Source of the DNA: Octopus vulgaris
Lineage: Eukaryota
Length of the DNA stretch: 64,000 nucleotides
Assembly: GCA_951406725.2 (NCBI GenBank)
Contig: OX597816.1
Span: forward strand, 124,248,001-124,312,000
Direction: 5' to 3'
In this document: positions 13,244 to 26,819 of the stretch, piece after piece
How the letters are laid out: each line of letters begins with the position of its first letter
Position numbering within the stretch: the first letter of the stretch is position 1
Translations under genes and position numbers: made by a program
The notes under the pieces: model-generated
Told to the model about the DNA's origin: nothing
The model's database searches: none
What the model saw: the letters and a program-made list of their open reading frames with translations, nothing else

Positions 13244-14074
13244 GACGAGTATGTTCAACATGATGGCCCATTCCCTATGATGACCAGCATTAAATAACAC
13301 TCACTGTAATCTCTGGTTCACAGATCTTTACTCTGTCTGTTCTTTAACTACTAGATGGCCCGTGTTCCTCTGAATTGAACAGTCAGATATCGTTACCTCA
13401 ACCCAGATAATCATCTCTCCTCCTCTGCCCTGAATTTCTACTATATGTAAATTTTACACAAACCATTTGATCCAGTCCTTCCATCCCAGAATACCAGCCT
13501 CTGAAATCGCCACCCTGTTTATATTTCTTCTGCAGACATTGATGCATCACAAATTTTTGCAGTAGAAAACCAGCCATTTCCATTTCACAAATCTAGAAGA
13601 CTGTGACCGTCATGGGCATTGAGTTTTCTCCGAAGACATAGAAAAAGATGTTTGATATTTATTTAGAAATATTTTCCCTTTCATTATTTCTTTTATGTTT
13701 ACACCTTCATTTACATTTAACAGATATTAATGTACGTGTTTTTATTTTTTTTAGAAATAATCTTACATTGACACATCAAATTAGAAAGACTTCAGAAATG
13801 TAAAAGAAAAGCAAAGGTAGAAAAAAAAATAATAAATTGGGAATTAAAAGGTACGCAAATATCTGTCTAGTTATCTGTTTGTCTGTTTGTCTGTCTATCT
13901 TGCATATACATACACATATGTATACATATATAAATATGTGTGTGTGTATGTATGTGTGTGTGAGTATCTAAATATACATATATATATATATGCATGCACA
14001 TTCATATATATGCATACAAACACACATTTCACACACACATATAAGCATATACAATAGTAATCTCCCAATCAACA

Positions 14075-14265
14075 TACTTACCAGCCTACCTACTTACCTA
14101 CCTTCCTACCTACCTACCTACGTATGTACATACGTTCGTACCTACCTACTTACCTACCTACCTACCTACCTACCTACCTACCTACCTACCTACCTACCTA
14201 CCTACCTACCTACCTACCTACTTACCTATGTACCTACCTACGTACCTACCTACGTACCTACCTTC
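14075..14265. repeat. (CCTA)n microsatellite
   Basis: Long CCTA run with CGTA/CTTA variants. Confidence 0.97.
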
Positions 14266-14280
14266 ATACATACATGCACA

Positions 14281-14718
14281 CAAGGTGTTCAAGCTAAATT
14301 TGATGATTTTTATGTCTCCATTTTTCTGGTACTGCTTGAAGTGTTGATGAACAATCAACTGCAGTGGAGAGCATAATCAAAGTTGTATTTGAGAAAAAGT
14401 TAGCTGACACAGAGCATTGGAAGCCATTTGAATATTGGTAAAGAGTCATCTGTATCATGATAATTCATGCCTGGTATCAAAATGCTGACATCATAACTGT
14501 TGCTCAAGGTTCTGTGGACACTGTAAAGGCTGTAAAGTGTGACATGGACAGCTGCAACAGAGACTACGAAGCGGTGACCAGCAGGAAGGGACACAGTAGG
14601 CATTCTGACTGCATCCAATCAACAGAATTCATCCAACAACTTCAGAAACAGGTCCTTAGGCTTGTTTCAGAAGTCTACGTGAAACTGCTGGAGACTGTAT
14701 TCAAACCCTGGGACTAGG
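14281..14718 (+). mobile_element. Internally deleted DD37D/maT-like transposon, left end
   Basis: TIR-like CAAGGTGTTCAAGCTAAATTTGA; ORF 14457-14717 (RDYEAVTSRKGHSRHSDCIQSTEFIQQLQ fused to VYVKLLETVFKPW) parallels the transposase at 31569-32580. Confidence 0.72.
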
Positions 14719-14906
14719 TAAAACTTCCAATGGTGTACTAAATGCAAGTGTGGACTCACAAGAAGTATAGTAGTATCATTGGCAGATTAACAGAGGAAAT
14801 ACAGGCAATCAACACTTATTTTCCCAATTAATGTGTATCACTAATTACTCTTCCACTATTCACACCTATGCTCTTCCCAAGTTCTGTTCATCATCTACTC
14901 TTCTCA

Positions 14907-15150
14907 TTTCTTTACTGCCCACAAGGGGCTACACACAGAGGGGACAAACAAAGACAGACAAACGGATTAAGTTGACTATATCAGCTCCAGTGCATAACTG
15001 GTACTTATTTAATTGACCCCCGCCCCCCCCGAAAGGATGAAAGGCAAAGTCGATCTTGGCAGAATTTGAACCCAGAACATAGTGGCAGATGAAACACCGC
15101 TAAGCATTTCACCTGGTGTGCTAATGTTTCTGCCAGCTTGCTGCCTTGCC
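14907..15150 (-). mobile_element. SINE family A with long target-site duplication
   Basis: Full head to tail; flanked by TCTGTTCATCATCTACT[C/T]TTCTCA at 14883-14906 and 15151-15174. Confidence 0.92.
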
Positions 15151-16194
15151 TCTGTTCATCATCTACTTTTCTCAGTCTTCTATCTATCTTATATTTATCG
15201 TCAACATTACAGTTACCATAACCTCTGTTCATCATGCAGTATATTTGCAAACCTACCCCATTTTTATCACCTTTACTCATTCCAAACACTCTTATAAGCT
15301 CTTCTGCCCCTATAAATCGCTCAGTCATTTCATCTCAACCATCCTTATTTCTTGTTCCAGCTCCATATCAAGTAATCTCACACATCCCAATGATTCTTAC
15401 ATAATGTGAACAACCACATATATCTTCTACAGCAAGAAACCAGATTCTATGTCTTCCTCCATACCCTAACATTTCATTACCTAGCATAAAGCTATATCTC
15501 TATTTCCTGCAGCCTCACTCAACCAATGTGAATCATAGTCTTGTGGACTACAAATAGCTTCAAAAAAAAAAAAGCACCTAGTATACTCTCTAAAATGATC
15601 CTTATTAAGAAAAGCATTTAGTGTATCTCAATAATTATGGGTTAGGATTATGTAACAGACATCCTTTGTTGAGTTGTACATTATTAGAATGAAATCAATG
15701 TTACTGAAGTGCAGCAGTATGCTGTAGCATGATCATCTAGCAGTGGTTCATAAAGAAAGCTCGACAGACGTGTCTTCGAACTAGCTATTCTCTGCTAAGA
15801 TATCAGCATTTATAGTAAAGAAGGGTCTCAGACATCTCAGACAAAATGCTTTTGATTGATCAAGACCAGGTTTTGGCGTGATTCACCAAGCAGCAACTTT
15901 TATCCAATGAAATACTATAATTAATTCATAAAACCACTCAGCTTGAGAGGAATTTGTAATTAATAATTGTTTCCCACCGATTCATTATGTGTGAACATCA
16001 TTCATGACGATTTTATGTGTTTATTCTATATCTGCATCTGTTTGTTCTATATTTGTATGTGTTTGTTCAGCAGACCATGACAGATATTAGTAACTATCCT
16101 AGGAAATGTCTGGAAGTACCTAAAATTGCATGTTTGTGTCTCATCAAGGTCAACAGTATTTTGTAATAGTAAACATAACAGCATGATTAAGAAG

Positions 16195-16710
16195 TTCACT
16201 TTGCAATCTTCTACTACAGCCCTAGACCAAAATATGTGTTGTAAAGGAACTTGATAAGTGGAGACTGCAAGGAAACTTACTAAATATGCATGTGTTTGTG
16301 TGTGCATGTGTGTGGATCTTTTGTGCACTACTAAGTGTCATAGAAAATCTCTGGATCTCATCAATGGACTACACACACACCTTTTTTGTCTCTCTCTGAT
16401 CTTTTTCATTTTCTCTGTTATTTTTCCTTTCAATCCTTTCTGTGAAAGTGCATAGGCTCAAAATATCAAAGGCTTTTCCATTCTTCCCAAGCATTAAACT
16501 AATACATCTGCTTGTTGTTTCTTCACCTGTCTTTGTCTTTTGTTTTCTGCAATTCTGAACTATATGTGTGTGTGTGTGTGTGTGTAAGCAGAGGCATGGC
16601 AATGTGTTTGGGAAACATGGTTTCCAGCCATATGATTTTAGGTTCAGTTCTACTATGTGCCATTATGGGCAAATGTCTAATATGGTAGCCTTTGGCTGCA
16701 CAAAACCTCT
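16195..16710 (+). mobile_element. Two decayed SINE family C fragments (about 16195-16320 and 16590-16710)
   Basis: TCTTCTACTACAGCCCTAGACCAAA and GCAGAGGCATGGC..GGTTCAGTTCTACT..GGGCAAATGTCT. Confidence 0.65.
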
Positions 16711-16730
16711 TGATTTTATTTGGTTATATA

Positions 16731-16948
16731 TGAGGTGGGGGGCTGAAAAATTCCTGGCTTTAAGGCTATTGCAAATGACTTGGATGGAATCCCAACTTTC
16801 CAAGTTGTTTTACAAGGCTTAGAAAAACTAAAGGACCACTGCAATAAATGTGTGAATCTTAGAGGGGAATGTGTTGAATGAAATCATAATTGATTGAACG
16901 CCCAGTATTTTCTTTTACTCAAAGCCAAGAACTTTTCAGCCCTCTCCT
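16731..16948 (+). mobile_element. mariner-derived MITE
   Basis: TA|TGAGGTGGGGGGCTGAAAAATTCCTGGCTTT ... AAAGCCAAGAACTTTTCAGCCCTCTCCT|TA; keeps the mariner C-terminus LQGLEKLKDHCNKCVNLRGECVE. Confidence 0.88.
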
Positions 16949-17279
16949 TACACACACACACACACATTCACTTATACACTTGAGTTGTAAATTACTGATT
17001 TTGGCATGTATCTGGTCAGAATCTCATAATTAGATTTGCACCAAATATTGCATTTGGTAATATTGCTGATCTCTTCAGACATGGTGGGGCTTCTGGTCAT
17101 TATGTCTGAAGAGACGTTAATATGGTCAAATGCAAGAATCAACATGAAACTGATGGTAATATTCTGATTAATTATATGGCATAACCAGTAATACACCATT
17201 CGATGATATGAAAACATAACAAGTGTTTCTTATTTAGAGTGTCTTTCTTATAACTTATGGATAACTGATTGATAATATA

Positions 17280-17302
17280 TGTGTATGTATTTATGTATGC
17301 AC

Positions 17303-17333
<31 letters not shown>

Positions 17334-17696
17334 TGTATGTATGTATGTATGTATGTATGTATACATGCATGTATGCACATATATATGTATGTATTATGTG
17401 TGTGTGTATGTGTGTGTTTTGCACATCCTTGTGCTGACATCACATGACTGTTGTTAATTGGTATCCCCACCATACAAATGTTATTGCTCATTTCCAGACT
17501 TGCATGGAAAACATGCCTGACCATGGGAAATATTACTTTACTTGGAAAGAGGTATGGGTTGGTGACAGGAAGGGCACTCAGTTGCAGAAAACTCTGCCTC
17601 ATTGAATTCCATCTGGCTTGTAGTTACATTGGGAAGTGGAAGCTAAAGCAATGACTTATATAAATCCATCTACCTATTTGTCTGTCTCACTGTCTG

Positions 17697-17779
<83 letters not shown>

Positions 17780-17915
17780 GTCTGTCTGTCTGTCTATCTG
17801 TCTGTCTGTCTGTCTGTCTATTTCTCTATTTCTCTATTTCTCTGTCAGTTTATCTGTCTCTGTATGTCTGTCTGTCTCCCCCACCTGTGTGTATGTGTGT
17901 ATGCATGTGTGTATA

Positions 17916-17951
<36 letters not shown>

Positions 17952-18070
17952 TGTATGTATGTATGTATGTATGTATGTATGAATGTATGTATGTATGAAT
18001 GTATGTGTGTGTGTGTGTTTGTGTGTATGTATGTATGTATGTATGTATGTATGTATGTATGTATATTCAT
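17280..18070. repeat. (TATG)n, (TCTA)n and (TCTG)n arrays around a SINE 3' half (about 17410-17655)
   Basis: Direct arrays; the enclosed GGGTTGGTGACAGGAAGGGCA is an RTE-tail variant also at 23300-23480 (-) and 53340-53560 (+). Confidence 0.85.
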
Positions 18071-21000
18071 ATAAAAATGATGTGAAATATATGATAAGCA
18101 TATTAAAATATTCTAGGAATGGTAGAATTTAATTTTCAGACCCAAAATAATTGTTTTGCAGGGTTGGGTAAATGTTGGTAGTTATGTAAAATTAACTTCA
18201 TTAACATTGGAAGCCAAGTGAAAAGGAGTTGGGTGCTACAATGGCCTCTTGAATGAGAGCAATTATCTATACAGAAAGAGATGGCAGGGTGAAGATGAAA
18301 CTGGAATGATATCAGATATCAGAGCTAATAATTTCATTTAAAGTTACAAAATGTCATTGTTTTCTTGTCCCTTTTGTGTATGCATGTGAGTGCATGTATG
18401 CATGCAATATTAAATTCTTTTGTGTCAAATTTCTACACAGCATAGGTGTAATCAAAGAACTTTATTAGATATGTTTCTTTGATTTGGAAAGAATAATTCA
18501 ATTAAGAACTATTTATTTTTAACCTTAACATTGTTATTCCCAGAAACATTTTAATTTTTGAACAACGATATAGAATAGTGAAGGATCTTTAAATCAATAT
18601 TGAAAGAAAATTGTTATGAACGTGCAACCTGACTTAAACCTTAAATAATTCTAGATCAGCTGTTTACTTTTTGATGACACTAAGTGTACTTTCAGTTAGG
18701 TTTCAATCAATGTCTATATTAAACTTGAAACAGCTCTTTAGATTGTTTGCATAAAAATATAAATTTCTATTAAGTTGTCTGACAAAATAATATGATTTCC
18801 ATTTCTTAAGTAGGAAACAAATGACTTGAGGCTAAAAACATCAAGGCTGTCTTAACAGTCTTACAAACCCCCAGGCAAAGTAATGTACTTGGGTTTATAG
18901 TATTTGTTAATTAAGAGCAAGCCACAGTGCATAGATTAGCACTGGACCCTTGGAGTCATAGCACAGCTCTTAGTGTGCTCATGCTTTAAAATGGCACTGA
19001 CAAGTATCCTTTTGTTTTGCATATGATTGAATTTGATGGTGAGTGCTCCAGCTGTTTGAACTACTTGCTCATTGACTTATACTGTGACTCATTTTCCCAC
19101 AAACACTTATCTATTTAGACAGAATCAACATGATGCATTGTGTGTGTTTGTGTAGCAAGGCTGGCTCTTTGAATTAAAAGTACAGTTCATCCATTAGGTT
19201 TACACACAGTTTCCACCTAACCAAGTTTACTTGCTAGGTTTTGGACATGATTAAAAACCTGTCAGATATATTGTACTTGTAACTTATTCGGAAAAGGACT
19301 GGTGGACGGGTGAATAAGTTCACTTCTAAATCATGAGGTCCTGATTTCTGTATTTACACATACATATAAGCACACATATACACAATTAGGATGGGCTTTA
19401 GATTGCAGGTATCCATTTATTTCACTTATGTGTGTGATTGCTGTTGTTGAGTTTGATTTGGATCAGCTATTTATCAGTAGACCTTGTGAATAAAGAATGT
19501 TTGCAATGCAATGACTCTCCTATCTTTATGGCAGAAGTAGTTGTAACATTCAATATTTGCAATCCTCATTTTAAAAACAATAAGGATTTTTTGGTTGAAG
19601 GAAAAATGGTTTTTACTTTACTTAGATCTATGATTCATAGAATTCCAATATAGTCACTCAATTATACTTATTCTATATCTAATTTTGAATTAACCTTTTT
19701 TTTTATCAAAAGTATACAGAATAGCTTGTGTTTTTCTATCAACACATGCAGTTTGATAACATTTCAGTTAATAGAAGTTAAACCTACCTTTGCGATACTT
19801 TTAGGGCAACAGTTGTACATTGCATTTCTATTTATATGTATTTTGTAATTTTGTTATTGTTGATGACCCATAGTCCATTACTTTGTAAATATATCATTGC
19901 ATAAATCATCTTAATATACTCTTTACAGAGATCAGTTCTCAACGGAAATTATCACTCAGCAAACTCTAGCCACATGATGGGTTAAATTCAGTTTTGTAAG
20001 CTAACAAAACATTTGCTATTCTTATTGTTCATCTGTAGTTTATACAAGTTTTGTTTGGTGAGTTAAATTCACAGTTAGGTGGACTGAGTCATTAGACTAT
20101 TTTCTCGGTTATAACTCCAATTCAGCACTGTTAACATAATTTTATCCACTAAAATATCAGTAGGTTTACCAGTAGTCTGTTTTCTTAGTAAACTGTACAA
20201 GTAGGGAATGTATTACTAGCATTTTCTATATTTCCAAAGTTATGCACTCCGTGAAGAATGTTGCTGTAACAGAGAATTTCTCTAATGTGAAACACATTTT
20301 TCCATGTTATGCCAATAAATATACAAATCAAATCAATGGAAAAATAAAGTTTTGAGCTCTGGAACTCCACACTACAGCAATATTTTCATGTACACAATAC
20401 TTCTGTAACAATGAGGAATGCTGTACTCAATTTTCTTCCATCAAGTAAAGTGAAAATTGTCATTAGGTTTACTTTGATTTCTGTGGTTGGTTCTTAATAG
20501 AAAGGATATCAAATTGTGAATGATCAGTTCGATTGTTCTGTCAGATATCTAAAATAATCATTAAAACATTCATCTTATATTAATATAAAAAAAGTAATGG
20601 ATGAAAAATTTTAGGAACATAATATTACTGGATGACACTTAACAAGTGATATTTGCAATATTGTTGCTATGTTTCAGTAGTCATATGGGTAAGGTGAACC
20701 TTTTTAGATTTTTGCATGAACATAGTGAACAATCATAATTTTATTTTTAATAGCAGCATATTATTTGTACCTTCAATCACTCACATGTGAAGTTAGTAAG
20801 CTGCCTGCTTTCAGATAGGCAGATGAAGCAAGCAAAGATCATGCTTTCTATGGAGGCACAGTACAATATGCAATCCTAGATGTTGCAGTGCTTGTTACAA
20901 AAACTTTTACTTCACATAGTAATGATATTTAAAAGAAAATTAAGATGTGATTGAATATTCAAAATGCATTCCACTATGAGTTACATTTTTAGTAAATATA

Positions 21001-22169
21001 GAATTTTTCAGTTTTTATGAGTAATTTTTGTAATAGAGAATAGAATTCTTTGAATAATGAACATTTAAGAACTAAGTGAACTTATGATTTCCACAAAGGT
21101 GATAACATCTTCAGGGATAAATATCTAAAGCAAAATAGTCTATTATTGTTATTGTTAATAAACACATATATTACTTATGTTCATCATGTGAAATAATTTT
21201 GGCCAGATTTTAGATTAATATTTTAAATTTATTTTCTTCTTTTAGAGCTTCAGGACGTTGCATGTGATATTTAGAATTCAACCAGATTATTATTATTTTT
21301 TTTATCTACTCTCGTAATCCTTAAACTAACAGTTAATAACAGTTCAGTTTCTCAAATATTCATCTTATCTATGCACCAGTCAGCCTTTGTATTGCTTAAC
21401 ATTGATAATCTACCATGAATAGATGCTTTCAACACAAACTGGCTGCAAGGAGAAATGGTAAATGCTGAAGGATTCCGAGGACAGCATCACGGAAGTTTGA
21501 CCTTTGGCAGATATTTACATAGAAGGTCAGTAGTGAGCATCAGGTTAAATATCTGAAAGCCATGTAACTCAGTTGTGTGTTTTATCATTTCCCCATCCAC
21601 TTTGCAATCCAGATAGTGATCAGACACCAAATCAATAAGCAGTGAAATCTCTGTTGCAATGAAATGTTTCCATTGTGCTAAATTTACCAAATGAGCTACA
21701 CAAACACATAACAGGTGAGGCTGACATGCTACTTCAGTTATCAGCAATAGCATACGGCAATGTACCATGGTAACTGCTAATTGAAGTCTGCTATGACTGC
21801 TCTACTTAACTTAGTAGCGGCTAATAATAGTGATAATAGTAACGATGTTGACCATTATAATGACACCAATCATGTTGATAGCAGGAAAGGTGGTCATGCA
21901 TATTAGGTTGATCAAAATAGTAATTTGTCTTTCAAGATATTGTGATAGATGTTGGTTTGTAGAGGATTTAACTTTGCATACTTTACATCGCAAGTCAGAG
22001 TTAACCTCACGTCAATTAATTTACATCAACAATACTTTTATTGAAAAGCTGAATTACACAAGTTTCTTTTCTAGAAATATAGACGCAAATGAAAAACTGT
22101 TATTTATTCTAGCAGTGAGAAGAATGACTGAAGTTGTAGAGATTCAGTTAAGGCTTTCTTATGTTGTTG

Positions 22170-22545
22170 CTGTTTAATCTTCAGATCAGCTTTGACTGAA
22201 TACATCTAACATCAAAGACATACCAATCATGACCATCCATCTCATTATTATATAGATTATCTCAAACTACATTATCAACTGTTTCAATCCCTTTTCATGT
22301 TAAGAAACAATGTAACGGCTCCTTTACTGGCATGGGATTTTTAATGTTGCTTTAATCAAACAGACCTGTGGTCAAAAGGCATTCCCGCTATGAATGACCA
22401 TCCTGTCTCTTTTTGTGTTTCAAATATGGTGTATCTAAGGTCGTATTATCCAATAGACTCTTTCTTTTAAAAGTGTGTGCTTTGAAGGAGATCTGACTGT
22501 TATTTCTAGGAAACCGAATGACCACATAAGGGCTTCCTCATCAGC
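22170..22545 (+). mobile_element. Two tandem decayed family D repeats
   Basis: TCAAAGACATACCAATCATGACCATCC and CAGACCTGTGGTCAAAAGGCATTCC..GACCATCC..GATCTGACTGTTATTTCTAG. Confidence 0.6.
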
Positions 22546-23299
22546 TCATTGTCATTAAGCAGCTTGGTGGTTTGCCCTTCTGAGTTCAGTTCATATGATT
22601 GTCATCAATGGGTGGCTTTTCAACACTCTGACATTAATAAAATATTTTGTGATGGATTCTATTGTCACCAAGCTTATCTCCCCAGAGAGAGTGAGAGGGA
22701 AAGAGAAAGAGAAAGAGAAGGAGAAAAAGTGAGGGAGAGAGATAGAGAAAGAAGGGAAGAGATTGCGAAGTGGGTAATCGGTGATGTGTAAGAAATTAAG
22801 AAATTATTATTGTCTATTGGGAAAGATGTAATGGATGGATGAATAGGGTGTTATATGCATTTGTACCTCGTTGCAAGATGCATTAGAGCTGTTGAGTTAA
22901 AGTGTTGGATTTCTGACTGCATGCTTGTTAGATCAAACATTTCTGCTAGCTCCATTATATATCTTACTATGAACGATACAATGGCTCTAGTGAGGCTGAA
23001 GCACATGATTTTGTAAGTGGTTTTTGGTTCAGAACCTTAGAGTTTAGTAATTATAATTGTGTCCTGGCCTCTTGGGAATCTATAAATATCTCTAGTTTCA
23101 TGAAATGTGAGGTAAATATCATCATTGATATGGGAATATTGTATTTCATGTACCATTCCAGATGATTGTGCATTTCTCCTGAAGAGATGCTTGAACATGG
23201 TAACTTTCAATTTTCTCCATTTCAACATAAACAAATCTTGTATATCAATCATCATCTCTTTTAACATACACTTTTTCATACACGTGTGTACTGATTGAT

Positions 23300-23529
23300 G
23301 TAGATTTTTTTACAGCTAGATACCACTCCTATCGCCAGCCCTTACCTGTTCCCAAACACTGCAATATTTCCCCATGTCTAGACATGTTTGCACAGAAAAT
23401 TGGAAATGAGTGACACCACTTTTATGACAGTGACACTCATTTACAACTCAAATGCAATATCAAGGCAAGATACAAACGCACACAAAAACACACTCAAATA
23501 CACACATACAGACATCCATGTACACACCT

Positions 23530-23561
<32 letters not shown>

Positions 23562-23710
23562 CTACATATTACGTAAGCTTCTTTCGGTTTCTGTCTACCA
23601 TATCTACTCACAAAGCTTTGGTTAACCCAGGGATATATTCAAAGATACATGTCCATACACAATGGAACTAAACCTATAAGTAGTTTACTCCTTAACCATT
23701 CAAGCATACG
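23300..23710 (-). mobile_element. SINE with family C head and RTE-type tail, decayed
   Basis: Head at 23575-23710 (CTACTCACAAAGCTTTGG), (CA)n linker, tail 23300-23480 homologous to 17410-17600. Confidence 0.7.
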
Positions 23711-24042
23711 TGTGTGGTTAAGTTCAAATAGCCTTTGCTTTTCATACTTCTGAAATTGATAGAATAAAGTACAAGTTAAATACTGAGGTGTATTTGATCA
23801 ACTATCCTCACCAGCCACAAAACTTTTGAGCTGGTGCCTATGTTAAAAATAATTATTTGTAGTTGACATCATAAGATCATAAGATGTAAACAGCTAAAAA
23901 TTTTGAGAGAACATGAAATAATTCATTTTGGAATTGGATCTTATATAAAGTTATAAATAATAGTATTGGGTTGAAAAACTCTTTTTCTATCTAAAAAGAG
24001 ATTTTCAATCCAATATTTACATGCTATGAATCATAGCTTTAT

Positions 24043-24259
24043 CCCTTTAGCATTTAAACTAGCCATATACAGTCAAAATTTTCTATCTGTTTTATATTCA
24101 CACCAGTCAGATCTAGCCTCTTATACCTAACCCTATAATGTCATAATAAAACTAAACAGCCACATCAAATCTCAGAGCTACCAGATATTGCATGATTAAT
24201 TCAATACAATGTGAATAAATAAGCATTGTGTTTGGCAGAGTAATTTGAATGCTGAAGAG
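24043..24259 (+). mobile_element. piggyBac-like MITE, uninterrupted copy
   Basis: TTAT|CCCTTTAGCATTTA ... TGAATGCTGAAGAG|TTAT; colinear with 12215-12325 plus 12759-12851. Confidence 0.85.
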
Positions 24260-25074
24260 TTATATGTACTTTGAGATCCAATTCCAAAAAAGAATTATAA
24301 CTGTTGCTATTATTAAGGTGATGATTAAGAAGAATCATTTTAGAATTTGGTAAAATGTATTGTGATATTTGTTCCATCTCTTTACATACTAAATTCGAAA
24401 TCCCACTACAGTCAAATCGGTTTTTCACCCTCTCAGGGTAGATGAAATAAAGTATCAGTCATGTGCTGCATTTGATTTACCTAACTAAGCTCTCCACCCA
24501 AATTTATAACCTTTTAATGGGGTTGAAATGGTACAATGTGGCTAAGGCCCTGGGTAAATAAGAATCATGATAAAGAACATCAAGAAAAATAAAGAGAAGT
24601 TAAAGTTGGTTGCCACATTTATTTCACTGCTAAAAGAAAATACAGCAGCTGGTATACATGAATGATTCTTTTAAGTGAAATACTAGGTTCCTCATGCTTC
24701 TTCAAGATGAAGATGTATGAAAGAAAAACACAAAACATGGCAACAAGAATCTCTTTTGACAGCTCTCTCCCTCACTGAGGCTGCAAAGTGGAATAAAACT
24801 GTTCTCATGCTGAAGATCCAAACTTACACATGATGACCTACCACACTAAGGAATTAGCAGGAAAAGCTTCCTCTATACAGCAGATGTTGGCACACTTGGC
24901 TAGTCTATCATGTTAAGAGGTGGACAGCCTGTGTAAAGCTAGATGGACTCAACCATCATGTGATGAGCCAAAATTTGGGTACCTAAAAGTAAAAAGGCAA
25001 AATGTGGGTACCTAAAGGTAAAGAGTGAACATGCTTGCTACAACCGTATGTCTGTGTTGGATATTATTAAGAGG

Positions 25075-25440
25075 GATTGGCAGAATTGTTAGTGCATTGG
25101 ACAAAAAACCTTGTAATATTTATTGCAGCTAAGGCAGTAAGCTGGAAGAATTGTTAGCATGCTGGGCAAAATGTTTAGTGGCATTTTGTCTATCCTTATA
25201 TGCTGAATTTAAATGTTTCCAGAGTTGACTTTTCCTTTCAGCTTATTGAAGTTGATAAAATAAGTACCAGTTGAACACTTGGGGTCGGTTTAATTAATTC
25301 AGCCCTTCCTCAAAACCAATATTCATGCTAGCTGCTTACATGCTGAGTTTGACTGGGTTCAACTTTGCTGTTCATCTTACTGAGATCAATAAAGTAAAGT
25401 ACTGGAGTTAACAGTAATAACTAAACCCTCCTTCAAACTT
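25075..25440 (+). mobile_element. Cluster of SINE family A copies and fragments
   Basis: Repeated GGCAGAATTGTTAG heads and GATAAAATAAGTACCAG cores. Confidence 0.8.
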
Positions 25441-25977
25441 CAGATTCTTGTCTTTGATCCTCCTTTTGTTTCACCCATTCTGAGAAGTATGTCCCGTGTG
25501 AGATGTGATATTTTGTTGGGTGGTGTTTATGGCAAATAAATGCTGTGTAGTCAGTGTCAAGTATTTTAGTGTAATATATTGATGGCTGAATATGTGTACT
25601 GTGTAAGCTGTTATATTATTAGATTGTAATTGTGGAGAATAATGTTGCAAAAGTTGTTAGTGTTATAGTGTTTGTTAGCTAGGTAGTGATCATGTGTATG
25701 TACTGTTATTTTATTAAGCAGCAACTGTACAGAATATGTGATGTGTTTAAAGTATTTTTAGTGATTCCTTAAAGTATTTGTAGTGATGCACTATTTTATT
25801 AGGTGGTTCTTGTTCTGGGAATCTGTTGAAGGCAGAGTGTACTGCCTGAGTTGTGTTATCAAACTGAATGGAAGTGGACTATTGCACAGTACAGAAATTT
25901 TTGTACTGCATATAATGTGAACTCTGGTAAAATCTATGTGCTTTTGATAATTTTTCATAATACCTAGTGTTCTCAAT

Positions 25978-26385
25978 ATTATTTTCAAATTTTGGCCATC
26001 AATTTTGGGGAAGAAGTTAAGCCAATTACATTGACCCACTGGGTTCAACTGGTACTTATTTCATCTTTCACCAAAGGATGAAAGTTGACCTTGGCAGAAT
26101 ATGAAGTCAGATCATAAAGACAGACGAAATAATGCTTAGCATTTTGCCTGGTGTGCTAACAATTCTTATTTCTTTACTACCTACCAGGGGGCTAAACAAG
26201 GACACACAAACGGATTAAGTCGATTACATTGACCCCAGTGTGTAACTGGTACTTATTTAATCGACCCCGAAAGGATGAAAGGCAATGTCGACCTCGGCGG
26301 AATTTGAACTCAGAACATAGTGGCAGACGAAATACTGCTAAGCATTTTGCCCGGCGTGCTAACATTTCTGCCAGCTCGCCGTCTT
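25978..26385 (-). mobile_element. Two tandem SINE family A copies; 26165-26385 is CpG-rich and likely young
   Basis: ATCGACCCCGAAAGGATGAAAGGCAATGTCGACCTCGGCGGAATTTGAACTCAGAA...CCAGCTCGCCG. Confidence 0.92.
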
Positions 26386-26733
26386 CCTAGTGCTCTTAAT
26401 ATTAATGGTGTTGTTTTAACTTTTATGATCTGCATCTTGCTTTATTTCAATTTCAAAATCCTTGTACTTTGACATTTTCTCCACCTTCTATCATGCAATA
26501 TTTTGGTCAGATGATTTTGAGATGTCTATCAGAGTAGAGATATTCTCTTGGCAGACCTTGATAATTATATCTGGAAAGATTACATTGATCTCATCATCTG
26601 TCTTAATAGACATGTCCTAAATGGTTGTAACCAGGTTGTTGTCATATTTCCTGTTTAGTAAATGTTTAAACCACTCTTATCTGTTTTCATGTCAAAATAT
26701 TGGCATACTGCTCTGTGAACTTTATTATTATTG

Positions 26734-26798
<65 letters not shown>

Positions 26799-26819
26799 TT
26801 ATTTTATTTTTTTTTTCTT

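Noticed and set aside
21420-21790. Higher-complexity unique block with a 93-aa minus ORF
   Set aside because: No recognisable motif or convincing splice sites; it could be a conserved non-coding element but cannot be supported without alignment.
24640-25030. Possible RTE-X-like LINE remnant and a short tandem duplication
   Set aside because: Only faint peptide resemblance; too decayed to call.
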